Notes: generated by a model not told the origin, from the letters alone. A stretch of 63,752 nucleotides of DNA, filler included, from Octopus bimaculoides (GCF_001194135.2; 5 parts of 5 records of this genome joined end to end with filler, not necessarily neighbours in it), one strand, 5' to 3'; shown: positions 14,173 through 25,905, counted from the first letter of the whole stretch. Made by a program: numbers and translations.

Positions 14173-14589
14173 TATCTACACACACACACAATTCCTGCTT
14201 ATTGACAATTATTTGCTTAGGAAGAGGATATTGAAATATTGGAGCGCATGTGTGTGATTGTATGTACATACACATGCATTTTTGTTCATTTTTAAGGCTG
14301 TTCTCCCATGCTAACGTGAGTTACAGGTATATGTTATTAACGCATTGTTTTACAGCCAAATACCTTTCCTGTTGCTAACCCATACCGGTCTTTCCAGTAC
14401 GGGTTTATTTATTCCACATTGTACTTAACTCATTGAATCTTTGTCAAACCAGTCATCCCATGCCAGCATTAAACAGACATTAAATGATGATGATCATTAT
14501 TATTATGTTCATCTTCAAAGGTGCAAACCCAGCACAAAAAAAAGTCTTTTAATACTGAGACCTGTTGGGGCAAACAAAAGCAAAATCGT

Positions 14590-14943
14590 GATGGCACCTG
14601 TGCCCAGCGTCACCTTCCTGGCACTTGTGCTGGATGGCACGTGTAAAGACATTTGAGCGAGATTGTTGCCAGTGCCCCTAGACTGGCTCCTGTGCAGGTG
14701 GCATGTAAAATACACCATTTTGAGCGTGGCCGTTGCCAGTAACGCCTGACTGGCCTTCGTGCCGGTGGCACGTAAAAGCACCCACTACACTCTCGGAGTG
14801 ATTGGCGTTAGGAAGGGCATCCAGCTGTAGAAACTCTGCCAAATCAGATTGGAGCCTGGTGTAGCCTTCTGGCTTGCCAGTCCTCAGTCAAATCGTCCAA
14901 CCCATGCTAGCATGGAAAGCAGACGTTAAACGATGATGATGAT
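14590..14943 (+). mobile_element. SINE with RTE-like (GAT)n tail
   Basis: Core ttaggaagggcatccagctgtagaaactctgccaaatc, ending gacgttaaacgatgatgat; at least 8 other copies in the window. Confidence 0.85.
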
Positions 14944-15114
14944 AAGAGAAATGACAACACCGCCACCACTTGTAGCTCAGCACTTTTTGGAGAAAGGTAA
15001 CTGTAAGTACACACACATATTGGACAGGCTTATTTTGGTTTTGGTCAACCAGATCCACTCAAAACAAATGTCTTGCTATAGAATACATACCAAAGATATG
15101 AAAATAGTATTTAC

Positions 15115-15458
15115 CTTTTTGATGAAGAAAGTCTTCTAAACACATCACATCTGCATTCTCATTGGAACCTTGTAGTCCACAATTTTCACAGCCTTCTGCT
15201 CCTGACGAGTACCCACAATCACTTCCATTACTTGTCGTGTAGTTGGAACCAACAGAATTTAAAGTTGTAGTAGTTGATGAGGACGAGGATGAAGATGATG
15301 ATGACGAAGAGGTAGCCATCCTATCTACGTTATGAACCAGGCCACAACACCGGCTCATGTTGTAGTACTCATCATCATCATAGTCATCTGCTTCTGTAGT
15401 CATTGTATGCTTGCTATTGCTGCTGTTGCTACTGCTATTACTACTACTACTACTAATG

Positions 15459-15491
<33 letters not shown>

Positions 15492-15778
15492 GTGGTTTTA
15501 GTGGCGATGTTTGAAGTTGTTGTTGGTCGACATCTGCGACCGCACCGGTGTGTTAGCAGAGATGGCGGCGATGTAGACTGCTCTCGTTGTAGTACCCTAG
15601 ATTTCGACACAGCCTTACCACAACAGGGCGCCTTCATATCTGCCACCTTTCGATAAATTTCATTGGTTGCCTTCTGACAGTTCTCTATGGAAACCAGTTT
15701 CATGTCATGATCGCTTCTGGAGATTTCCTTGTGACGACCATTGTAAATTCTAGAACTTTTCTTTGGACTATTATCACA
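15115..15778 (-). CDS. GGNBP2: GGNBP2 exon (low-complexity region; last exon found)
   Basis: Acceptor ttctatttctag, donor G|gtaaat, phase 0 to 1, 664 nt open. Reads CDNSPKK...poly-Ser...TSNGSDCGYSSGAEGCENC...EDFLHQK; NGSDCGYSS is a conserved GGNBP2 motif. Confidence 0.88.
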
Positions 15779-15904
15779 CTAGAAATAGAACACAAAGATG
15801 AAGAAGGATACACAGAATACTAAATAGGTAGCAATTCTAATAACAAATTAGTGAAATAAATAAAAACAGGTCAACTAGTGAAATTCAAATTACGATATAT
15901 GTAA

Positions 15905-16190
15905 ACGAAAGCAAAATCGTGATGGCACCTGTACCAGTGAAGCGCAAAGAGCACCATCCGAGCGTGATCGTTGCCAGAGCAGCTGCCTGGTTTCTGTACC
16001 GGTGACACATAAATAGCACCATTTGAGCATGATCGTTACTAGCATCACCTTACTGGCACTTGTGCTGGTGGCACGTGAAAAGACATTCGAGCAAGGCCGT
16101 TGCCTGTGCCGCTGGACTGGCTTCTGTGCAGGTAGCATATAAAATACACCATTTTGAGCGTAGCCGTTGCCAGTACCGACATTTATGATA
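15905..16190 (+). mobile_element. Partial copy of the (GAT)n-tail SINE family
   Basis: Matches 14580-14740 (aaagcaaaatcgtgatggcacctgt...ttgagcgt.gccgttgccagta). Confidence 0.75.
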
Positions 16191-16661
16191 AAGGTAGACA
16201 ACGGAAAAGTTGTGAGTTTAAAGGGTTGTTAAAGTAGGAAGTAGTGTATCAAAATATCAAGTTATCTTTAGACCTGATTTGAATGGTTGCAAAAGCATAG
16301 ATTCTTCTAAAGGTATTTAATAACCAAAGTAGATTAAGCCCACAAGCCAAAAACCGGTACACTCCATTCAACATGCTTCCAGTGTAGTTTTCATCAACCC
16401 AACATCTCTCACAAACCTTGGGTCAACGTAAGACTACAATGGAAAACATTTGTCCAGAATGCTGCTCCATGCGAAATACAACTCAAAATCACATAATTAC
16501 AAAATGAAATTCTTAATTACACAAGTAATTAAGTTATCTCATTTTAAAGCTTATATTTTCAATAGAAAACTGAGAAAAAAGACTATCAAATACACTTGTA
16601 AAAATCTTAAATAAATTTCAATGTACTTTTAATAAAGTACCATTATAAAATAAACCCTTAC

Positions 16662-16850
16662 TTTGCACTCCGAGGAAATTTGTTTGGTGAGGGGAGGGGA
16701 ATCCACTTCGGACAGCTGGATTTTAGCTCGCCGCTTTTTCCTTTTTTCTCGTTTTAGTTCTCGTTTTTGTTCACGTAGTCGTTCTTCTTCGAGTAGTTCT
16801 TCACACATTAGTTCCAAGTTAGACACTCCCTGCTTTCGTTCCAATTCCAT
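16662..16850 (-). CDS. GGNBP2: GGNBP2 exon
   Basis: Acceptor cttaacag, donor gtaagg, phase 0 to 0, 189 nt. MELERKQGVSNLELMCEELLEEERLREQKRELKREKRKKRR matches the GGNBP2 QGISRLEQLCEE...KRQKRK region. Confidence 0.93.
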
Positions 16851-17424
16851 CTGTTAAGACAAGAATGGATAAAATGAGAAAATAGTGAAACTTTTTAGAA
16901 AAATTCTTCACCGAGAATATAAGACAAAAACTTCTTTATTATAAAGACAGAAAAAAAGTACATTTCTACAAGGCACCAGCAGCAGAACTTCTTGCAAGAA
17001 GCACAAATTGATCAGGTGGAATTTAAACTGAGAACAGTAATAGGAGTCATAGGCATCTATCAGTCTTGAGAGGCCATGGATCTGCATCCAAAGAAATCAT
17101 GCCAGCTGCTGATGGTAGTGCAGTGTCTGTTATGGCTGTACAGGCCCACACAGGAGTCGCAGTAACACATACACCAACTGCATTTGAAGGATCTCCCTAC
17201 CAATGCTACTCTTTCCTTTGATGGCGAGTTCCTGTTCTTCTTCCACTCACTTCATTCCCTTTCACAGTATTTGCCTCCGGTGTGGGTGATTATTTGAAAC
17301 CTCCTCTTATCTCAGGATGTCCAGATCAAATGACTTCATATCTCTCTTACAGACATCTTTGAAATGAAGACAAAGATTCATCAAATAACACAAAGTCACT
17401 AAACCACCAACAACATAGGCATCC

Positions 17425-17870
17425 ATCACCATTTAACGTCCGCTTTCCATGCTACCATGAGTTGGACAATTTGACTGGGGACTGGCAAACCAGATGGCTG
17501 CACCAGACTCCAACCTGATCTGGAAGAGTTTCTACAGCTGGATGCCCTTCTTAACACCAACCACTCAGAGAGTGTAGTGGGTGCTTTTTATGTGCCACCG
17601 GTACAAGGGCCAGTCCAGTGGTACTGGCAACGGCCATGCTCAAATGCTGTTTTTTACGTGCCACCTGCACAGGAGTCAGTCCAATGTTTTGCTCACATGC
17701 CANNNNNNNNNNGCACAGGAGTCAGTCCAATGTTTTGCTCACATGCCACTGGCACAAGTGCCAGTAAGGCGAAGCTGGAAACGATCACGCTCAAATGCTG
17801 CTTTTTACGTGCCACCGGTACGGGAGTGAGATCGCTGCTCTGGCAGTGATCCCGCTCCACTGGCATGGGT
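17425..17870 (-). mobile_element. (GAT)n-tail SINE copy
   Basis: Begins catcaccatttaacgtccgctttccatg, the reverse of the family tail; contains a 10-N gap. Confidence 0.8.
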
Positions 17871-18056
17871 GCTGGTCATCAAATTTGGTTCAGTTTCGAT
17901 CTCACTTGCCCCAACAGGTCTTCGCAAGCTGAGTTTAGTGTCCAATGAGGGAAGGTTGGCATAAGCTTGGAAATACAAATACCTGACCCAAAAGCTTCCA
18001 CATGATTTCTAAATTAACACATTTCAGCAATTTAAGGATTTTGATTTTGGACTTAC

Positions 18057-18234
18057 CTCAAAGCCTTTCTTTAAGGCATTAATTCCTAAATAAAACAATA
18101 TCTGCCAAGTTTGCTCTTCAGCTTTTAATTCCCGCCATATTCGATACATTCTTTCATGTAGATGGATGCCAAGGCAAGTAAGGACCTCTTCTTGGGCAAT
18201 GTCAAGTGTCTTCGCATGTCTATCACGTCGGCTA
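18057..18234 (-). CDS. GGNBP2: GGNBP2 exon
   Basis: Acceptor tttcttcag, donor gtaagt, phase 2 to 0, 178 nt. SRRDRHAKTLDIAQEEVLTCLGIHLHERMYRIWRELKAEEQTWQILFYLGINALKKGFE is near-identical to the GGNBP2 core. Confidence 0.96.
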
Positions 18235-18287
18235 CTGAAGAAAGAAAAGAATTTCAGATAAAACAATAAAAATTCAAAAAAAATATG

Positions 18288-18329
<42 letters not shown>

Positions 18330-18599
18330 TAAATCTCAAAAACGTTTTATCAATACGATTTTTTTTTGTTTTTCAAAATGCTAACTAAACCTCAGTTGTG
18401 TATTTTAAAGAAAATGAAAATATATCTAAGAAGCAATATAAATAACTAACATTTCATAGAAAAGCCCTTAAGTAGAGATATATAAGGAGTTCAGTTGGAA
18501 TGGGGGAAGGCCCCGATATTTCCTCGCTTCACATACACACACTAACACTTCATTTCTTTTTAGTCTTCTTAAATCCTCACACACACACGTGTGTGTGAT

Positions 18600-18945
18600 C
18601 ACCATCATTTAACATCCATTTTCTATGCTGGCATGGGTTGGACAGCTTGACAGAAGCCTGTTTTGGCACGGCTTCATCTGTTTTGGTACGGCTTCTACAT
18701 TTGGATACCCTTCCTAATGCCAACCACTTTTCACAATATACTGGTTGCCTGACTGGCCCTTGTGCCTGTGGCATGTAAAAGCACCCACTACACTCTGAGT
18801 GGTTGGCATAAGGAAGGGCATCCAGCTGTAGAAACTCTGCCAAATCGGATTGGAGCCTGGTGTAGCCATCTGGTTTCACCAGTCCTCAGTCAAATCGTCC
18901 AACCCATGCTAGCATGTAAAGCGGACGTTAAACAATGATGATGAC
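18600..18945. mobile_element. Two oppositely oriented (GAT)n-tail SINE fragments
   Basis: Minus-oriented tail at about 18600-18730, then a plus-oriented copy ending gacgttaaacaatgatgatga at about 18943. Confidence 0.75.
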
Positions 18946-19009
18946 TGGTTGCTTTTTATGTGGCACCAGCAGGGGTGCTTTTTACATGCATGCACACACA
19001 CACACACAC

Positions 19010-19056
<47 letters not shown>

Positions 19057-19074
19057 CATTCACACACACACACA

Positions 19075-19455
19075 TGTGCCAGTGGCACGTAAATAGCACC
19101 ATTTGAGCATGATCATTACCAGCGTCGCCTTACTGGCACCTGTGCCGGTGGCATGTGAAAAAAACATTTGAGCGAGATTGTTGCCAGTGCCGCTAGACTG
19201 GCTCCTGTGCAGGTGGCACGTAAAATACACCATTTCGAGCGTGGCCATTGCCAGTACCGCCTGACTGGCCTTCGTGATGGTGGCACATAAAAGCACCCAC
19301 TACACTCTCGGAGTGGTTGGCGTTAGGAAGGGCATCCAGCTGTAGAAACTCTACCAGATCAGATTGGAGTCTGATGTAGCCATCCACTTCGCCAGTCCCC
19401 AGTCAAATCATCCAACCCATGCTAGCATGGAAAGCAGACGTTAAATGATGATGAT
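19075..19455 (+). mobile_element. (GAT)n-tail SINE copy
   Basis: Collinear with 14590-14943. Confidence 0.85.
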
Positions 19456-19642
19456 TTCTTGTTTATTACATTTAATATTTCATTTACAATACAAGATCAA
19501 AATTTTATTAAAACCTCTAAAATTTATTTTTCCCTGTTTGTAAATTATATGAACAAGCTAATTTGCAATAAGCACACTAAAAAGAAAATGAGAGGAGAAG
19601 GTCTAAAAAGTGTAGAAAACAGGGGCTCAGTTTGATCCTTAC

Positions 19643-19846
19643 CTGCCAGCTAGCTCTGGTTCAGCCCTACCAATGAGCCGGGAGAGAAATTCTGTATCAC
19701 ATTCAATATGTATATGCCTCTCTTGAGGACAACATCGCAAATGGTCGTACAATGAAGGACAATAGCCTTTCTCCTTTGTGTAGTCTACTTCACATATTAA
19801 TATACCAAATGCACGCAAAACTTTAGATTTACATTCAGCACAAAAC
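19643..19846 (-). CDS. GGNBP2: GGNBP2 exon
   Basis: Acceptor tttttgtag, donor gtaagg, phase 2 to 2, 204 nt. FCAECKSKVLRAFGILICEVDYTKEKGYCPSLYDHLRCCPQERHIHIECDTEFLSRLIGRAEPELAG matches the GGNBP2 FCTDCKNKVLRAY...EKGYC...RAEPEFAG region. Confidence 0.96.
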
Positions 19847-20079
19847 CTACAAAAAAAAAAAAAAGAGAAGGTAAATAATAATAATAATGGTTTAGTGTAA
19901 TTAATCTTAATGAAATGCTGTATGATAAAGTAATTAAAATTGTTTGGAAAGCAACAGAAAGTAAATTGGAAATAAGAGGAATAAAAACAAAAATAAGCTA
20001 AAACAGTAGTTTACACTTAATCTTATTTTATGGAACAATAACAACAATTCTAGGCACAAAGCCTGAAATTTTGTGGGAG

Positions 20080-20535
20080 GGGGCGAGCCAATTACATTGA
20101 CCCTAGTACATGGCTGGTACTTATTATAGACTCCGTAAGTATGAAAGACAAAGTCAACCTCAACGGAATTCAAATTCAGAACATAAAGAGGGATGAAACA
20201 CAGCTAAGCAGTTTATCCAGCCCTGCCAGCTTGTTGGCTTATAATCCCTTCTGCTGTAGGCACAGGGCCTGGAATTTAGGGGAAAGGGGTGAGTGGATTA
20301 CATAGACCCCAGTGCTTCACTGCTACTCTATTTGTTTATTGCCCCCAGAGGGCTAATCATAGAGGGGACAAACAAGGACAGACAAAGGGATTAAGTTGAT
20401 TACATTGACCCCAGTGCGTAACTGGTATTTATTTAATTGACCCCGAAAGGATTAAAGGCAATGTCAACCTTAGCAGAATTTGAACTCAGAATGTAACAAC
20501 AGACGAAATATCGCTAAGCATTTCGCCCAGCTCTT
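20080..20535 (-). mobile_element. Fragments of the tRNA-derived SINE family with ggcgagctggcagaatcgttagc head
   Basis: Repeated blocks gaatttgaactcagaa and attgaccccagtg, shared with 38000-38470, 47285-47460 and 59500-59710. Confidence 0.7.
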
Positions 20536-20976
20536 CACCTTAATTTATTGATCCCGAAAAGACAAAAGGCCAAGCCGAGCTCAGTCGAATTTGAACTCAG
20601 ATTGTAGCAATTCCAAAAGTTGTAGCACACAGTTGGGAAAGCATATGAGCAAGTGACTAGGTTGTTTATCACCTCAAGCACATAAGGTCGTGGGTTCAAT
20701 TTTTGGATTAAGTAACATGTTGCTTTTGAGCAAAACACTTCATTTCACATTGCTCCACTCTACTCAACCAAAAATGAGTACCAGCCTAGTACCACTGCAG
20801 CTCTCTCTCTCTCTCTCTCTCTCTCCTGCTGTTGTATCCTTAATGTTGAGGAAAATGTGGGAAGCCCAAGAGAGTCTATGTGTGTTCACAACTGCATAGG
20901 CACTTAAAACAAATTAGGTAGGATCTATCAGGTCATACTCATTTCTAAATAACAGATCAGGTTAAGATACAGTTGG

Positions 20977-21021
<45 letters not shown>

Positions 21022-21439
21022 NNNNNNNNNNNNNNNNNNNNNNNNNNNNNNNNNNNNNNNNNNNNNNNNNNNNNNNNNNNNNNNNNNNNNNNNNNNNNNN
21101 NNNNNNNNNNNNNNNNNNNNNNNNNNNNNNNNNNNNNNNNNNNNNNNNNNNNNNNNNNNNNNNNNNNNNNNNNNNNNNNNNNNNNNNNNNNNNNNNNNNN
21201 NNNNNNNNNNNNNNNNNNNNNNNNNNNNNNNNNNNNNNNNNNNNNNNNNNNNNNNNNNNNNNNNNNNNNNNNNNNNNNNNNNNNNNNNNNNNNNNNNNNN
21301 NNNNNNNNNNNNNNNNNNNNNNNNNNNNNNNNNNNNNNNNNNNNNNNNNNNNNNNNNNNNNNNATATATATATATATATCATGTATGGAGGCAGGTGTGG
21401 CTGTGTGGTAAAAAGCTTGCTTCCCAATCACATGGTTCC

Positions 21440-21955
21440 AGGTTGTGTAGTGGGTGCTTTTTACATGCTACTGGCACGGGAGCCAATCAGGCAGCACTGG
21501 CACCGACCACGTTCGTATGGTGCATTTTACATGCCACTGGCATGGGAGCCAGTCTGGAGGGACTGGCATCGACCACGCTCGAATGATGCTTGAACGTGTC
21601 ACCGGCATGAGAACCAGTCCAAAGAGACTGGCATCGACCATGCTCGAATGGTGCATTTTACATGCTACTGGCATGGGAGCCAGTCTGGAGGGACTGGCAT
21701 CANNNNNNNNNNNNNNNNNNNNNNNNNNNNNNNNNNNNNNNNNNNNNNNNNNNNCGGCATGAGAACCAGTCCAAAGAGACTGGCATCGACCATGCTCGAA
21801 TGGTGCATTTTACATGCTACTGGCATGGGAGCCAGTCTGGAGGGACTGGCATCAACCACGCTCGAATGATGCTTGAACGTGTCACCGGCATGAGAACCAG
21901 TCCAGAGAGACTGGCATCGACCATGCTCGAATGGTGCTTTTTACATGCTACCTGC
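21440..21955. repeat. Tandem array, 131-bp period, made of two alternating 65-66-bp SINE-derived subunits
   Basis: tggtgcatttta recurs at 21518, 21649 and 21801, and as tggtgcttttta at 21932; one N gap lies inside. Confidence 0.9.
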
Positions 21956-22117
21956 ACAGGTGTTAGCCATGCGATAAAACTGACATAATATTTGGAAAAT
22001 CCATAGCACTTTATCACTACTTATCATTATTAACTGTGCTTTCCAACTGAAATTTAATTGTCTTGTCCATTGTCACAGTCCTGGGCCAGAATGCTATCGA
22101 CTGCCACTAATTTCTCC

Positions 22118-22487
22118 TGTAGTGACGTCATTTGGCGCCAAAATACAGTCGCCATTACTGCGTTTTCATCCACGCATGCGCAGGGAATAGTTCCAGAAGG
22201 AACAGGAAGAGTCCCATGCGCATGCGTGGAATTCAACATCTAAACGTTCCCGCTCTTTTCATTCTATTTCTCGGTCGGCCGGCCATGAACGTGGTCGTGT
22301 CAAGCTGTCTCTCCAGCATTCCAACTCTGGGGACAGCTCATTCCAACATTCCAACGTCTCAGCAACCATGCTCTCTCACAGAAGGCGTCTCAGCAACCAA
22401 GATTAAGGCTGCCTATTTTCATCCATGAATAAATATTGTTGTGTTGATCGTTCAGAGTTCTGCGTTCCGTTTATTCCGAATTTAATA
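22118..22487 (+). mobile_element. CpG-rich solo-LTR-like module inside a GGNBP2 intron
   Basis: Starts TGTAGTG; contains TGACGTCA, TTTGGCGCCAAA, two GCGCATGCG motifs, short direct repeats and AATAAA at 22428. Ends TTTAATA rather than CA, and no TSD was found. Confidence 0.45.
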
Positions 22488-22801
22488 TAGGAAAGCAGGT
22501 GTACACCTAATGGTGTATAACCAATTCCCTACACTCCTGTAACATTATGAACTGCTAAAACGGCAGCAGCAGCAGCAGTCACATTTCTTGCTTGGTCTGT
22601 AGTCATGAGATTTGGCTTAACCTATAAATTAATTAGATCCACTGTGAGCAAATTAACATCAGTGACATTACTATCAAACCTTACTGGAGGCTAACTACAC
22701 ACCAAGTTTTTGACAGCTCACTAAACTGAAACTGAAAGGAATAACTTCATAGCGTTGATAAATAATGAGAATTAGCGATATTTCAAGGTGTGTTTAGTTA
22801 C

Positions 22802-22912
22802 CGGTGTTTACGTAGATAAGCTTCTAAAGTATCTTGCAGTCCGTCAACATCAACCAACACAACTTCTTCTCTGCACTCTTGTGATAACAGATCCCATATA
22901 TCAATCCAGCTA
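22802..22912 (-). CDS. GGNBP2: GGNBP2 exon
   Basis: Acceptor taatttag, donor gtaact, phase 2 to 2, 111 nt. SWIDIWDLLSQECREEVVLVDVDGLQDTLEAYLRKHR matches the GGNBP2 WMDVWELMSQECRDEVVLID...LRKHR region. Confidence 0.95.
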
Positions 22913-23774
22913 CTAAATTAAAAAAAAAACAAAACAAATTATTTTCAAGCAGTGAAAGCAAAATATATATCAAAGAAAAGCAAAAATACAATTTTATTAT
23001 TATTATTATTATTATTAATGTTATTAGTTCCATAAAAAAAAGCAAATGCATTTTTGCTCTCTTTAGAATCAGAGAGCACAGGTGTGTCTGATCAAGAAGT
23101 CAGCTTCACAACCACATAGTTCCTATTGTAGAGCAGGACATCTTTCATCATAACCTTGCGATAACCAAAGTCTTATAGATAAAAATTTCATAGACTGAAA
23201 CTGTGCAGAAGCCTTCCAGGTGAGAGAGAGATTGATGGCAGAGCTATCAACACCCAGCAACTGGCTCCATTCTTTAACCAATTTGCTATCTCAGTTCTGT
23301 TAAACTACACTGTCTATTTCAATTCATTTTGAAAATAATGAATTTAGCAAAATAACCTTGTTGCTATTAAGTTGGTGCATGGGGCATAAACGGAGTTGAA
23401 GTTTTGATAGATTTTTAAATTACTTCAAAACAATAATTTCGTGTCACAGAACAAAGAGCCATGTGAAGTAGGTTGGTATTGAAACAGTTAAAATCATGTG
23501 AGTCCAGTCTGCTGATTATCCTTTGAAGTTCTTGGTGAAATAAGCACTGACCGCGCTCAAATGGGGCTTTTTATATGCAGCTGGCACGGGAGCCATCATT
23601 ATTATTATTATTACAACATCATCACAACAATAATTTAACACAAACACACAGCCACAAATATAAAAGGGAAGTTTATCAAATCAATATCCAATACATTATT
23701 GGGTTTTTGTTTTGCTTTTTCTCAAAAATAAATACAACAGAACATTTAATAACAAAAGAAAACTTGACTCTTAC

Positions 23775-23873
23775 GCAAATGGTCTTGTTTTGTGTGTATC
23801 TAAGGAGTGAAGATTACATCGCTTATTTTTCTTGCTTTTTGGTATAGATTCCATCACAGAATTCAATTTTGCC
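23775..23873 (-). CDS. GGNBP2: GGNBP2 exon (most 5' exon found)
   Basis: Acceptor ttcctttctag, donor gtaaga, phase 2 to 2, 99 nt. AKLNSVMESIPKSKKNKRCNLHSLDTHKTRPF matches SKLNDMIDAIPKSKKNKRCQLHSLDTHK. Confidence 0.96.
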
Positions 23874-24304
23874 CTAGAAAGGAAAAAAAGAAAAAAAAAA
23901 AAAGAAATTACTATGCAGTAGTAATAGTAGTAGTCAATATAAATGACCAAAAGTAGTATTTAAACTTATGAGATAGAAATTAGAAATTCAACAGACCCTC
24001 TTGGTGTTGCAGGGCTCAACAAGTTTAACCCTTCATAATACCAAACCACCTAAGACCAATTCCTGGTTCTATGACACAAACTTTCAGTTTATAGTGGTTT
24101 ATATTAAAATTTTCTTTTAAAATTTCAAATTAATTTAGGCCTCAAAAAACCCTTTTAATAATGGTAAATTTATTTGTTATTTTCAAAATTGAAATAAATG
24201 GAATGTATTTTAAGAGAAATTTGGTAACAAAAGAATTAATGAAAATAATAAGCCTTTTTTTAAAAATGAACCCAAGATTTCTTTATTGTATATAAAGAAT
24301 TTAT

Positions 24305-24685
24305 GAAGACGCAATGGCCCAGTGGTTGGGGCAGCGGACTTGTGGTCATAGGATCGCAGTTTCGATTCCCAGACCGGGCGTTGGGAGTGTTTATTGAGCA
24401 AAAACACCTAAAGTTCCACGAGGCTCCGGCAGGGGATGGTGGCGAACCCTGTTGTACTCTTTCACCACAACTTTCTCTCACTCTTACTTCCTGTTTCTGT
24501 TGTACCTGTAATTCAAAGGGTCAGCCTTGTCACACACTGTGTCACGATGAATCTCCCCAAGAACTACGTTAAGGGTACACGTGTCTGTGGTGGAGTGCTC
24601 AGCCACTTGCACGTTAATTTCAGGAGCAGGCTGTTCCGTTGATCAGATCAACTGGAACCCTCGTCGTCGTAACCGACCAAGTGCC
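24305..24685 (+). mobile_element. tRNA-derived SINE
   Basis: A-box-like tggcccagtgg and B-box-like gtttcgattcc followed by a non-tRNA body; CpG largely intact. Confidence 0.7.
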
Positions 24686-25184
24686 ACTAACAAGTTTCTT
24701 TATTTTGTACAGCTTCAGATCGCCATATCTAGGGTTTAGTTTACCTAGGTTGCAGTTGAAAACATTACATATGGTATGATATTTCAGGACTGGTTGAGAA
24801 GGCTGCTTCCCAACCAAGTGGTTTCAGGTTCGATCCTAGTATAAGGTACCTTGGACAAAGAAGCCTACCATGTGTGCAGATGTGTGTGTGGGGGATACAT
24901 ATTCATATTTGCACTTCTTTGAAAATAACTAACTATAAGGCAGCGTTGTCATTTCACCTGTCAACAATCACCTACAGGTAGCAATTAGTGATAGGAGAAA
25001 CATCTGGCTGTTAAACAATGCCTCCATAATATATATTCAACTAACCCCCAGCTGGTATGGAAAAATGGATGTAAGAAACAAATGAATGAAGTCAATGATT
25101 ATATCATCTTTCAGTTTTTTCTTCCACAAGACAACTTGGACAGGTTTCAATATTATTCTGGCCTTATCAACAAAATATAGCCTT

Positions 25185-25905
25185 CATCATCATCGTTTAA
25201 CGTCCGCTTTCCATGCTAGCATGGGTTGGACGATTTGACTGAGGACTGGTGAAACCGGATGGCAACACCAGGCTCCAGTCTGATTTGGCAGAGTTTCTAC
25301 AGCTGGATGCCCTTCCTAACGCCAACCACTCAGAGAGTGTAGTGGGTGCTTTTACGTGTCACCCGCACGAAAACGGCCAGGCTCGAAATGGTGTCTTTTA
25401 TGTGCCACCCGCACAAGCCAGTCCTTCATTGCATTAATTTAAGAGTGATGAATGTCAAAGTTGATTCTGATAGGATTTATGGTTCCTAGAACAATAAGGC
25501 AACAAAGTCATCGTCATCATCATCGTTTAACGCCTGCCTTCCATGCTAGCATGGGTTGGACGATTTGACTGATGACTGGTGAAACCAGATGGCTACACCA
25601 GGCTCCAATCTGATTTGGCAGAGTTTCTACAGCTGGATGCCCTTCCTAATGCCAACCACTCCAGAGAGTGTAGTGGGTGTTTTTACGTGCCATTGGCATG
25701 AAGGCCAGTCAGGCTGTACTGGCAATGGCCACACTCAAAATGGTGTATTTTATGTGCCACCTGCACAGGAGCCAGTCCGGTGGCACTGGCAACGACCTCG
25801 CTTGAATGTCTTTTCACGTGCCACCAGCACAAGTGCCAGGAAGGCGACACTGGTAACAGTTACGCTCAAATGGTGCTATTTATGTGCCACTGGCATAAAA
25901 GCCAG
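25185..25905 (-). mobile_element. Two tandem (GAT)n-tail SINE copies (about 25185-25425 and 25512-25905)
   Basis: Both start catcatcgtttaacg and share the ctacagctggatgcccttcctaa core. Confidence 0.85.

Noticed and set aside
10629-14275. Long ORFs of 220-380 aa in several frames (also 20928-21593, 57798-59067, 60977-61859)
   Set aside because: They are runs of X created by N gaps plus (TA)n flanks.
17660-17760. 36-bp direct repeat around a 10-N gap (similar cases at 36690-36760)
   Set aside because: Identical sequence on both sides of a minimal gap indicates unmerged contig overlap.
21440-21955. CRISPR-like repeat-spacer appearance
   Set aside because: The alternating units are themselves repeated and SINE-derived, there are no unique spacers or cas genes, and the DNA is eukaryotic.
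22054-22239. EKLVAVDS resembling the GGNBP2 start MARLVAVC
   Set aside because: It lies downstream of exons 22802-23873 in transcript order, so it cannot be the N-terminus.
24305-24385. tRNA gene-like segments (also about 35090-35158, 50585-50670, 60290-60360)
   Set aside because: A/B-box-like heads lack a complete cloverleaf and continue into SINE bodies.
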